A stretch of 64,000 nt of DNA. It comes from Myxococcota bacterium (GTDB lineage: Bacteria; Myxococcota; UBA4151). The position numbers and the translations under genes are program-made. Location of the stretch: contig JAYZBQ010000048.1 of assembly GCA_036338695.1 (NCBI GenBank), forward strand, positions 256,001 to 320,000, written 5' to 3'. Below are positions 8,126 through 16,978 of the stretch, piece by piece. Below the pieces are notes generated by a model, which saw nothing but the letters and a program-made list of their open reading frames with translations, did no database searches and was not told where the DNA came from. Positions within the stretch are counted from its first letter, which is position 1. Each line of letters opens with the position of its first letter.

Positions 8126-10390
8126 ATGCTGCAACGAATCGCCTTGTTCGGATGCCTGATCCTTGGGGGCTGCGACCAGACGGTCATGGTGCGCAACCCA
8201 CCGGCTGAGCAGTGCGGTAACGGTGTCGTCGAGGCTTCAGAGGCTTGTGATGACGGCAACACCGTCGATGATGACGCGTGCACCGCTGGCTGTCAGGAGG
8301 CTCGCTGCGGTGACGGCATCACCCGCGCCGACCTCGACGCGGAAGACGCCGGCTACGAATACTGTGATGACGGCAACACCGAGGACGCGGACGCGTGCTT
8401 GAGCAATTGCGTGCTCGCTTACTGCGGCGACGGGATCACCCGGCTCGATCTCGATGAAGACGACCCAGATTACGAAGCCTGCGATGACGGCAACGATGAA
8501 GACGGTGACGGCTGCCTGACCAGCTGCCAGGCGGCGCGCTGCGGCGACGGTGTTGTCGGTCCTGGCGAGGGCTGTGATGACGGCAACGACAATCCCCAAG
8601 ACGCCTGCGACAACTGCCGCCCGACCGGCTGCGGCGACGGGATCGTTCAGGCGGGTGAGCAGTGCGATGATGGCAACGAGGACGAGCTCGACGGCTGCCT
8701 CAACAACTGCGCCAGCGCGCGCTGCGGCGATGGGCGCCTGCGCACCGACCGCGCCGAGGACGCAGTCGATTATGAGGCCTGCGATGACGGCAACACCGAC
8801 CCGACAGACGGCTGTCTACCGAACTGCGCGTTCGCGCGCTGCGGCGACGGCGTCCTTCGACGTGACCTGACCCCAGAACAGGCTGGCTTTGAGGCCTGTG
8901 ATGACGGGAACCTTCGCCCTGGAGACGGCTGCTCCGAGCGCTGCGATCTCGAGGCCTGCGGCAACGGCAGGCTCGATCACGGAGAGCGGTGCGATGACGG
9001 CAACGGCATCGCCGGCGACGCGTGTCTCAACGACTGCCAACCGGCGCGCTGCGGCGACGGCGTCCGCCGCAATGACCTGCGCCCAGGCGATGAGGGCTAC
9101 GAGGAATGCGACGACAGCAACCGCGACGCAGGCGACGGCTGCGACGCAGACTGTCAGCGCGAGGTCTGCGGCAACGGGCGCCTCGACGCCGGGGAGGCTT
9201 GCGACGATGGCAACGAGGTCACCCTCGACGCCTGCACCAACAGCTGCACCCTGGCTCGCTGCGGCGATGGAATTCGGCGCCAGGACCTTGCGCCTGAGCA
9301 AGACGGCTATGAAGCCTGTGACGACGGCAACGAGGTCGACGGGGACGGCTGCAACGCCGACTGCAGCTTTGCGCGCTGCGGCGACGGCCGATTGGACCGC
9401 AACGAACAATGCGACGACGGAAACCGGACCAACTTTGACGCCTGCACGAACGCCTGTGAACGTGCGCGCTGCGGCGACGGCATCATCCGAGAGGACCTCG
9501 ATGAGAACGACGAGGGCTTTGAAGCCTGCGACGACAACAACGCCAACGACCAAGACGCGTGCACCAACAGCTGCGCTCGGGCGCGCTGCGGCGACGGGAT
9601 CGTCCGCCGCGACATCACCAACTTCGCAGGTGGCTGGGAAGAGTGCGACGACGGCAACATCGTCCAGGATGATGGCTGCACACGCTCTTGCCGGTACAGC
9701 TCCATCGCCGACGCAGACGGCTACATCTGGGACCCGACCAGCCCCCACGGCTACCTCTACAACGGCACGAGCGACGCCTGGGACGGCTTCGGTTACCTCA
9801 GGGTCAACAACGTGGCGTATCGAGCCGGTTTCGAGTCCGTCGATTGGGCTCGCCAAGTCTACACGGGGCAAGTCCATGAAATGAACGGCTTTCGAGTGAC
9901 CAGGCGCTTCTACGCGGCGCGACCAAACGACGACCCCAACCTACGCAACTTCGGCCGCTTCTACATCCGCATCGAGAACCCTTCTGAGCTGCCGCGCTCG
10001 GTCAATATTCACCTGACCGGCAACCTAGGCAGCGACCGCAGCACGGTCCTGGTGACCAGCAGCAGCGGCGATCGACGCCTCACGACACAAGACCAGTGGC
10101 TGATCACCGACGACGCCGACGGTCGCGATGACCCGAGCATCTCGATCGTCTATCAAGGCGCGAACCCGAGCGTTCGTGTCAGTGAGGTCACCCTCAACAA
10201 CGACATCTTCGCGGTGCGTTGGAACCCGGTGTCGGTTCCGGCGCGCGGCCAGGTCGCGGTCGTCGTCTTCGTGGCACAAAACGGCGACCGCGCAGCGGCG
10301 ACGGCTGAAGCCCGAGCGCTGGAGTCCTTCCCCGAGGCGGCGCGTGCGAACCTGAGCGATCAGGACCGAGTCGGCTTGCTCAACTTCTGA
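8126..10390 (+). CDS. Myxococcus-type cysteine-rich repeat (DUF4215-like) surface lipoprotein
   Basis: Lipobox LGGC; about 14 CG(D/N)G...E.CDDGN....D.C...C repeats; non-repetitive C-terminal domain. Confidence 0.85.
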   Translation: MLQRIALFGCLILGGCDQTVMVRNPPAEQCGNGVVEASEACDDGNTVDDDACTAGCQEARCGDGITRADLDAEDAGYEYCDDGNTEDADACLSNCVLAYCGDGITRLDLDEDDPDYEACDDGNDEDGDGCLTSCQAARCGDGVVGPGEGCDDGNDNPQDACDNCRPTGCGDGIVQAGEQCDDGNEDELDGCLNNCASARCGDGRLRTDRAEDAVDYEACDDGNTDPTDGCLPNCAFARCGDGVLRRDLTPEQAGFEACDDGNLRPGDGCSERCDLEACGNGRLDHGERCDDGNGIAGDACLNDCQPARCGDGVRRNDLRPGDEGYEECDDSNRDAGDGCDADCQREVCGNGRLDAGEACDDGNEVTLDACTNSCTLARCGDGIRRQDLAPEQDGYEACDDGNEVDGDGCNADCSFARCGDGRLDRNEQCDDGNRTNFDACTNACERARCGDGIIREDLDENDEGFEACDDNNANDQDACTNSCARARCGDGIVRRDITNFAGGWEECDDGNIVQDDGCTRSCRYSSIADADGYIWDPTSPHGYLYNGTSDAWDGFGYLRVNNVAYRAGFESVDWARQVYTGQVHEMNGFRVTRRFYAARPNDDPNLRNFGRFYIRIENPSELPRSVNIHLTGNLGSDRSTVLVTSSSGDRRLTTQDQWLITDDADGRDDPSISIVYQGANPSVRVSEVTLNNDIFAVRWNPVSVPARGQVAVVVFVAQNGDRAAATAEARALESFPEAARANLSDQDRVGLLNF
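8212..9700 (+). repeat. Intragenic tandem repeat array of Cys-rich units
   Basis: GCGCGCTGCGGCGACGG recurs at 8534, 8834, 9044, 9371, 9464 and 9581. Confidence 0.85.
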
Positions 10391-10442
10391 TGGCAGCTCG
10401 AGTTCAGCCACCTCAACGAGCGCGTGAGCGCCCAAAGGATCG

Positions 10443-11771
10443 GTGATGAACGACGCGAGAACCCCTTCGCTCAAGCTCGACGCCGAGACGCTCGCTGCGA
10501 TGCATGCCGCCGACATTGCGGACGTTTTTGAGCACACAACGCCAGATCAACACGTCCTGATCATGAGCGTCCTGGGCGCGGAGAAGCGCGCCGAGCTGTT
10601 GGTCTACCTCGACGCGAGCGAGCGGCGCGGTCTGCTCGACCAGCGGAGCCCAGCGCAGATCGCTGCGCTGGTCGGGGCGCTTGAATCCGATGACGCCGCC
10701 GACGTGCTCGGCGAGCTCGAGGAGCAGACCCAGATTAAGGTGCTCGCGGCGATCGAGGATGAGGACCCTAAAGAGGCAAACGAGGTGCGCTCGCTCCTGC
10801 ATTACCCGGACGATACCGCCGGGGGTTTGATGCAGGCTGAGATCGCATCGATCACCTACAATGCGACCGCAGCCGAGGCACTTGAGGCGCTCAGAGCCAG
10901 CCAAGATGACGCCGACTCGATGCACTTCATCTTCGTCACGGATGAGCGAGGAAAATTCATCGGGGTCGTGCGCATGGCGCGCTTAGCGCTCGCCGAGCCC
11001 TCCTCGCCGATCGCCGAGATCTTTGAGCCCAAGTTCGTCGACGTGGAGGCGCATGTTGACCAAGAAGAGGTCGCGCAGCTCTTCGCTAAGTATGACATCA
11101 TCACCCTCGCCGTCGTCGATGAGCACGAGCGCTTGCTCGGGCGGATCATGGTCGATGATATCCTAGAGGTTTGGGCGCACGAGGCGGACGAGGACGCCTT
11201 TCGCATGGTCGGCTCGGACGCCGACGAGCTGCAGCACCAGCGCAACCCGGTCCGGCTCGCTTTTATTCGTCTACCGTGGCTGCTCATCAACCTCGTCGGC
11301 AGCGCTGCGACCGGCTGGATGCTCTTCTTGTTCCAAGGGACCCTCGTCGATCACATCGTGCTGATCACCTTTGTCCCCGTGATCACGGCTATGGCCGGGA
11401 ACGTCGGCGCCCAGAGCGCGATGATCATGATCCGCAACTACGCCGCTGGGCGCGACCTCGAGCGCAGCATCTGGCGCCACCTCGGTCGCGAGAGCGTCAC
11501 CGGGCTCTTTATCGGCGCGCCCTGCGGCGCGCTGCTCGGCGTCGGCGCAACCGTCTGGCACGGCAACCCTTCCATCGGGTTGATCGTCGCCATCAGCCTG
11601 TTCCTCGTCATGACCGTCTCAGCGATCATCGGCAGTCTGGCGCCGAGCCTGTTTCGACGCCTGGGTATCGACCCTGCGATCGCCGCCGGTCCGTTTGTGA
11701 CCACCGCCAACGACCTCATCGGTATTGCGATCTACATGGGCGTCGCCGCCGCCATCCTGAGCGCCGTCTAG
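10443..11771 (+). CDS. mgtE: Magnesium transporter MgtE
   Basis: MgtE N-domain, YPDDTAGGLM CBS pair, RLPWL, AMAGNVGAQS, IDPAIAAGPFVTTAND. Confidence 0.95.
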   Translation: MMNDARTPSLKLDAETLAAMHAADIADVFEHTTPDQHVLIMSVLGAEKRAELLVYLDASERRGLLDQRSPAQIAALVGALESDDAADVLGELEEQTQIKVLAAIEDEDPKEANEVRSLLHYPDDTAGGLMQAEIASITYNATAAEALEALRASQDDADSMHFIFVTDERGKFIGVVRMARLALAEPSSPIAEIFEPKFVDVEAHVDQEEVAQLFAKYDIITLAVVDEHERLLGRIMVDDILEVWAHEADEDAFRMVGSDADELQHQRNPVRLAFIRLPWLLINLVGSAATGWMLFLFQGTLVDHIVLITFVPVITAMAGNVGAQSAMIMIRNYAAGRDLERSIWRHLGRESVTGLFIGAPCGALLGVGATVWHGNPSIGLIVAISLFLVMTVSAIIGSLAPSLFRRLGIDPAIAAGPFVTTANDLIGIAIYMGVAAAILSAV

Positions 11772-11772
11772 C

Positions 11773-13185
11773 TCAGTTGCATAAGAATTCTTCCTCGAGA
11801 TCGGCGCCAAGACGCAGCTCGATACGACGCTCTTGACCGCCGCGCCCCGTGGCGCACTGGACGCGCAAGGTCCAGGCGCCGGCGTCGAGATCAAGCGCTT
11901 CGCCGCTGACCCCTTGGCGCGGGGCGCGCTCGCCCGCTCGTAGCGCCTGCCAGACGCCTCGAGCCCGCTGCCCGCCTTTGGTCAGCGTCACGCGCAGGCG
12001 GCTCTGCTGCCGTTGCAGGTCGACCGTCTCTTGGCCGCCCTCTCGAACGACCAGCGGCTTGCTGTAGGGGATCATCTGCCCATCGCTTGCGAGCACCCTG
12101 AGCGGCCACCGCCCCGGCGCAATACGAACCAGCTGGCCAATAGCGAAGCGGCCGACGAGCTCGCCATCAGCCGGATTGAGCAACTCAACCTGACCGTATT
12201 GCGGGGCTTGCCCGCGGCGTAAGCGGACGACCGCCTCACCGTATTTCGGCTGCCGCCCAAACCGCGTCGCTTTCCCTGATCTCACCTCAACGGCCTCGGC
12301 TTTGGCGCCCACGTCAAGGCCCAACACTTCTGCCGAAGGGAGCTGATAACTCAAACGGTACAGACCCGGGCTCACCTTCCAACGCTCGCCCTGCAACCCA
12401 TCAGCCAACATTTTGTCGCCGCTCGCGTCGTACAAGCGCAGCTCACCGAGCGGCTCTTTAAGCGCCCACTTCAAGATACCCAGCGCCGGGTTGGCGCGCC
12501 GCTCGACGGTGGCGCCGGATTTAAGCACGAACTCACCCACGGCGTGAGCCTTCTGCGCCAGGTCCTCGCGCCGCGTCACCGTCATCGTGTACCGATTCGG
12601 CGGCAGCTTAATCCAAGCGCCAGCGGGCCCATACCCTGCCGTGCGCCCGGAAGGGTCCAACAGCTCGACCTGCCCCTCGCCCCCGGCGAGGCTCAAGCGC
12701 ACCTTCCCCGGCGCGAAGTCGACCGTTCGCTCCAGCGTAGCGCCCTGGCGCACCTCGATTCGGTCCTGACGCCATCCTTTTTTGGCGTCATCGAAGCTCT
12801 CAAGCGCCCAAGCCCCGGCGATCAGCGGCGTCTGCGCCCCAGGCTTCGTCTCGACGCGCTCATCACCGCCGAGACGCCTGAGCACCAACCGGCCATCGAT
12901 TCGGTCCCCTTCACGCTCCGTCCACACGATCGCAAACCCCATCTTGAGGTCGATCTGCTGCTTACCGCGCACACCCTTGACGATCTGGACGAGCTCGCCG
13001 GTCGCGCGCCGGCAAAAGATGCGGACATCCACACCACGCCCTTGATCCCAAGCGACGGGCTCTCCGCTCGCCGCCTCGGCTTCGGTCTCTAGGTTCTGCA
13101 AGCGACAGGTTCGCCCGGACTCAATACCGTTGACCGTGACATCAACCTGTATCGTGGCCGCAGCGAGCGCTAAGGCGACGATCAT
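11773..13185 (-). CDS. Putative secreted protein with repeated beta-sandwich-like units
   Basis: Short hydrophobic N-terminus; recurring LIAGAW/LPPNRY/VSPGLY/IAPGRW/LDAGAW motifs; starts 3 nt after the upstream stop. Confidence 0.65.
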   Translation of the reverse strand: MIVALALAAATIQVDVTVNGIESGRTCRLQNLETEAEAASGEPVAWDQGRGVDVRIFCRRATGELVQIVKGVRGKQQIDLKMGFAIVWTEREGDRIDGRLVLRRLGGDERVETKPGAQTPLIAGAWALESFDDAKKGWRQDRIEVRQGATLERTVDFAPGKVRLSLAGGEGQVELLDPSGRTAGYGPAGAWIKLPPNRYTMTVTRREDLAQKAHAVGEFVLKSGATVERRANPALGILKWALKEPLGELRLYDASGDKMLADGLQGERWKVSPGLYRLSYQLPSAEVLGLDVGAKAEAVEVRSGKATRFGRQPKYGEAVVRLRRGQAPQYGQVELLNPADGELVGRFAIGQLVRIAPGRWPLRVLASDGQMIPYSKPLVVREGGQETVDLQRQQSRLRVTLTKGGQRARGVWQALRAGERAPRQGVSGEALDLDAGAWTLRVQCATGRGGQERRIELRLGADLEEEFLCN

Positions 13186-13188
13186 GCC

Positions 13189-15483
13189 TTACTCCACAGG
13201 GGTAACAGTGAGCGAGTAGCCCGCTTCCGGGCGTGTATCGATCGAATAGACCCGAAGATAATACGAACCGGAGCTCGGGAAGCGCATCATGATCTCTTCA
13301 TGATTGAGCAACCCCTCCGAAGTCGCCAGCACCGTGTCGCGATTGGGCGTCAACAGAGCCATATCGAGGTCGCCGTCGACCGCATGGAAATCGAGATCGA
13401 TCCGCAGCCGCTGTCCGCGCCGGACATCAAGGCGGTACCAGTCATCATCGCCGTCGCACGCCACCGCCTGGATCGCTCCATCCGTCGTCAAAGCGCTGGC
13501 CGCCTCGGCAGTATCGTTCGGCTCATGGACGTCCGGTCGGCAGTAGTGGTTCTCGCTGCTCGAGAACTGAACATCATAAGGACCGACGCCGTCATCAGCG
13601 GAGTACACCTTCGCCAGCACCGTCGTGGTCTGAGTCGTCGCAACGACCGCCTCTGTTTGCCCCTCAGCCGTCCAGATCCGGCCCAGCGGATTGTTCCCAG
13701 CCTCATCGTAAAATCGCACGGCGACCTGCGCCTCGCGTGTCTCATAGCGGGTGTTCGCGTAGACCCGTCGGTTGGCAGGGACGGTCAGCCGGTACCAGTC
13801 GACATCCCCTGCGCACAGGCTCCGTTCGGCGCGCAGCGCCTCGGGCAAAGAGACCGGCGTGGCGGAGGCCGGGAAGTTGTTCGACGCCTGCCCCTCATCG
13901 ACGTCCGGTAAGCACTCATAGGGACCCTGCAGGTTGTAGGTCAGGTCGTAGCGGAGCGCCGCTCGATCCAGCGCACGCACCTCGACGATCAAGCTCTGCT
14001 GCCGTGCGCTCCGGTAAAAGATGCGCTCACGATCGCTGCGCACACCGCGGCTCGCGTCGAGTTCGGTCTGGCCGTCGAGGGTCAACAACCGAAGGTCGAT
14101 ATCACCGAGTTGGTGGTTGAAATCGGTCACGAACTCGAGCGCTTCTCCCGCCTGAAGATCGATCTGATAGTAATCGACATCGAACTGACACAGCGTCACA
14201 CCGTTGTACGTGCCCGGCTCAAGGACGCTCGCAAGGTCGGCGCTGTTGTTGCCGCCGTCGCCTTCAAAGCGATCCGCTTCGCAGGGCTGACCAGGCGCTA
14301 GGTTGAGCTGCAGCTCATACGGCGTGTTCCCAGCCAGGTGCGCCACCTTGATAAAGTAGAAGGCTTCGGCGCCTGCGACGAAATTAAACGCGGCCGGACC
14401 GCGCGGCGGACCCGGCGCGTAACGCAGCGTCGAGATCCCGTCTTGCGCCACCAAGAACAGATCGAGCATGGCGCCCTCTTCCATCCCGAGCGCTTGGACC
14501 GTCAGCTCCTCGCCGCGGTTCAAGCGCAGGGCATAGAAGTCGTTGTCGTCAGGGCAGAGGGTCAGGTGGTCGAGGCGCTTATCCTGACCATCCATCACGA
14601 TGTCCGTCGCCGATGCGAAGGTGTCGTTGTCTTCGTAGATGTCATCTCGGCACGGACCGCCGATCGGCTGACACAGCCCGGTCACCACGTCACAGCGCTC
14701 GGCGAAACCACAGTGCAGATCGGACGTACATGGGTCGGGCTTGGGGATGCAGATGCGCGCCTGAGGGTCGCAGGTCTGATTCTCGGGGTCGGGGCAGTCG
14801 TCGTCGGTCCGGCAGATGTTGTCGCTCTCACACAAGCCGGAGCGGCGATTGCACTTCAAGCCGGTGCCGCAATTCTCATCGCTTATGCACTGCACACAGT
14901 TACCGATGGGGTCGCAGAACATCCCCTGCTGGCAGTCCTCTTCTTGCGTCTCCACCGTACACTCTGCGGCGCCGGCGCGCTGACAGCGACCGGTCGCCTC
15001 GTTGCAGACCTCACCCGACTCGCACGCGGTCTCCGGGAACTGCTCCGCCAGCGCACAGCCGACCGACTCGATGCAGTAGAAGTGGACCCGGTCGCAGTCG
15101 AAACCGACCGGACAATCCGATCGACGAGCGCACGGGAGTGACTCGCTGGCGTCTAGGCAATTCCCGAGCGCACAGAATTTGTTGAGCCCGCACTCGGCGT
15201 CTTCCGAGCAGTCCGAGCCGAAGCCGTCGCGCGTCCGGCAGATCCCCTCGCTGACTGAGCAATACTCGTAACGACGGCATTCGCTGTCGAGGCTACACGG
15301 CGGGATCTCTTCACACGCGCCGGTCGGCGAGCAGCGCAAGCCCAGATCGCATTCGCTGTCTTGCGTGCAAGGGTCCTGGACGATGACGCCGGCGTCCGGC
15401 GGAGCAGGGTCGGTCGTCTCGCAGGCTGCGAGCGCCAGAGTCGCCGCTAGCGCGCCCCAGAGATGCTTAGAACGGGCGTTCAT
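13189..15483 (-). CDS. Lipoprotein with Cys-rich (EGF/Dickkopf-like) repeats and 4 PPC-like domains (module protein B2)
   Basis: Lipobox LAAC; C..D..C repeats; D..E.N(D/N)....A...LC..D.D.Y and DIDL/DLDM motifs. Start is 15483 or 15489. Confidence 0.8.
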   Translation of the reverse strand: MNARSKHLWGALAATLALAACETTDPAPPDAGVIVQDPCTQDSECDLGLRCSPTGACEEIPPCSLDSECRRYEYCSVSEGICRTRDGFGSDCSEDAECGLNKFCALGNCLDASESLPCARRSDCPVGFDCDRVHFYCIESVGCALAEQFPETACESGEVCNEATGRCQRAGAAECTVETQEEDCQQGMFCDPIGNCVQCISDENCGTGLKCNRRSGLCESDNICRTDDDCPDPENQTCDPQARICIPKPDPCTSDLHCGFAERCDVVTGLCQPIGGPCRDDIYEDNDTFASATDIVMDGQDKRLDHLTLCPDDNDFYALRLNRGEELTVQALGMEEGAMLDLFLVAQDGISTLRYAPGPPRGPAAFNFVAGAEAFYFIKVAHLAGNTPYELQLNLAPGQPCEADRFEGDGGNNSADLASVLEPGTYNGVTLCQFDVDYYQIDLQAGEALEFVTDFNHQLGDIDLRLLTLDGQTELDASRGVRSDRERIFYRSARQQSLIVEVRALDRAALRYDLTYNLQGPYECLPDVDEGQASNNFPASATPVSLPEALRAERSLCAGDVDWYRLTVPANRRVYANTRYETREAQVAVRFYDEAGNNPLGRIWTAEGQTEAVVATTQTTTVLAKVYSADDGVGPYDVQFSSSENHYCRPDVHEPNDTAEAASALTTDGAIQAVACDGDDDWYRLDVRRGQRLRIDLDFHAVDGDLDMALLTPNRDTVLATSEGLLNHEEIMMRFPSSGSYYLRVYSIDTRPEAGYSLTVTPVE

Positions 15484-16978
15484 ACGCAAACATCTCCTCT
15501 AAGTCCCTGAAGTTCAGGTCCGGCCAGTCGAGCTGAAGCGCCTTCCACATCGTCTGGTCCTCTTCGTAAGCCATGTAGGTCTCGTGCCGGAGCATCCCGT
15601 GGACGTAGACACGGACCGTCCCCGTGACGGGTGTGCGCGCCTCGCCCTGCTGGTTGTCGTTCCAGTAGTGAACCCAGATCTGAAAGGTGTCGTTGGCGGG
15701 CTCGCGCAGGTTGATGTTCTCAGGTCCAAAACCACGCTGATCGTCGATATCGAGCCTCGGGTGGTTCGCCTCTTCCGGATACCAATCATCCGGAAAACGG
15801 TTCGAGAAGTACGCGTCGTAGTCCGGATCAAACGGGTGATATTCAAGCGCCTCATCGCCGCGCAAGAAGTGGAGGTCGAGGTCCGCTTCAGGGTGATCCC
15901 AAGTCAACTGGATGTGCAGCGCGTCGCGCGGCACAGCAGTAAAGGTGATCACAGCCGGCTCCACAGAGCGAACACCCATGGTGTCCACCACGTGCAGCTC
16001 AACGGTGTAGTCGCCAGCGAGGTCTGCCGTGATCCCCGCCTCGGCTTGGTCGGCGTCCTCGATGGTCGCCGTCGAACCCGGCGGCCGCCTCAAGAGGGAC
16101 CAATTGTACGATGCGATGGTCAGCCCCTCAACCGGGCTGTTGCTGGTGCGGCCATCAAAGACGATCTGATCGAGGGGCTCGATCCGGTCCGGGTCGTTGA
16201 CCAGCTGCGCTTGAGCGATCGGCGGCTGATGACCTTGCCCGATGATCGGCACCTCAACCTCGGGTTGGTTGATGTCGTTGCTCTGGATCCTCAGCACGCC
16301 GCTGTACTCGATCAGCTCGACGGGCTCAAATGCGATACGAAATTGAGCCGTCAACCCCGGCGCAATCGCCTGATTGACCATGCTCGCTGAGCCGATCGCT
16401 CGAAACGGGCAGACGTCAGCGTCTGGACACGCCACGAGCACGTCGCCGACGAAGAGGTCGTTCTGCCCAAGATTGCCGACGGTAACCGGCAACAGGCCGG
16501 TGTCGCCGACGGCGGTCGGTCCGAAGTTGAGGGCCTCGGGTGTCACCGTAATTTCCGGCGTCCCGAGGTCGACCCCGACGCCTCGCAGCGGCACCTCGAT
16601 GGTCCCGATGTCCGCGTCGAGCGTCTCGAGGATCAGCACGCCCTCCGCGTTGTCCTCAACGACAGGCGCAAAGGTGACGTCGATCAAGCGGGTCTGCCCA
16701 CTCGGGATCAAGGTCGGGCATTCGCCGATCGTAAAGACAGGCTCGGTGTCGTCCGAGCGCTCACAGCGCACGATCTCCACCGCGACGATGCTGGGATTCG
16801 CCAGCGAGATCTGGACGGTCTTGGACTGCGCCAAACCCACCTCGCCGAACTCGACCGGGTTCGGGGTCACGTCGAGCTGATGCGGGACCTTGATGATCTC
16901 GTCGTCGCCGCAGCTGCAGCCACCGAGTGACGCCCCGAGAACGAGCGCCGCGATCACACTGCGGCGAAACGTGATCAT
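15467..16978 (-). CDS. Lipoprotein with 2 Ig-like (choice-of-anchor D/ASH-like) domains, a PKD-like domain and a YfaP-like domain (module protein A2)
   Basis: Lipobox LGGC; VEFGEV, LNFG, IQSND; YNWSL..P.GS; QLTWD...DLDLH, LDIDD..GFGPENI. Confidence 0.8.
   Translation of the reverse strand: MITFRRSVIAALVLGASLGGCSCGDDEIIKVPHQLDVTPNPVEFGEVGLAQSKTVQISLANPSIVAVEIVRCERSDDTEPVFTIGECPTLIPSGQTRLIDVTFAPVVEDNAEGVLILETLDADIGTIEVPLRGVGVDLGTPEITVTPEALNFGPTAVGDTGLLPVTVGNLGQNDLFVGDVLVACPDADVCPFRAIGSASMVNQAIAPGLTAQFRIAFEPVELIEYSGVLRIQSNDINQPEVEVPIIGQGHQPPIAQAQLVNDPDRIEPLDQIVFDGRTSNSPVEGLTIASYNWSLLRRPPGSTATIEDADQAEAGITADLAGDYTVELHVVDTMGVRSVEPAVITFTAVPRDALHIQLTWDHPEADLDLHFLRGDEALEYHPFDPDYDAYFSNRFPDDWYPEEANHPRLDIDDQRGFGPENINLREPANDTFQIWVHYWNDNQQGEARTPVTGTVRVYVHGMLRHETYMAYEEDQTMWKALQLDWPDLNFRDLEEMFAYERPF

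Noticed and set aside
8534..9597. Regularly recurring 17-nt repeats as a possible CRISPR array or DGR
   Set aside because: They are in-frame codons for ARCGDG with variable long spacing; no cas or reverse transcriptase gene is present
8816..9884. Long alternative-frame and antisense ORFs (353 aa and 331 aa) over the Cys-rich repeats
   Set aside because: Low-complexity shadows of a repetitive GC-rich gene
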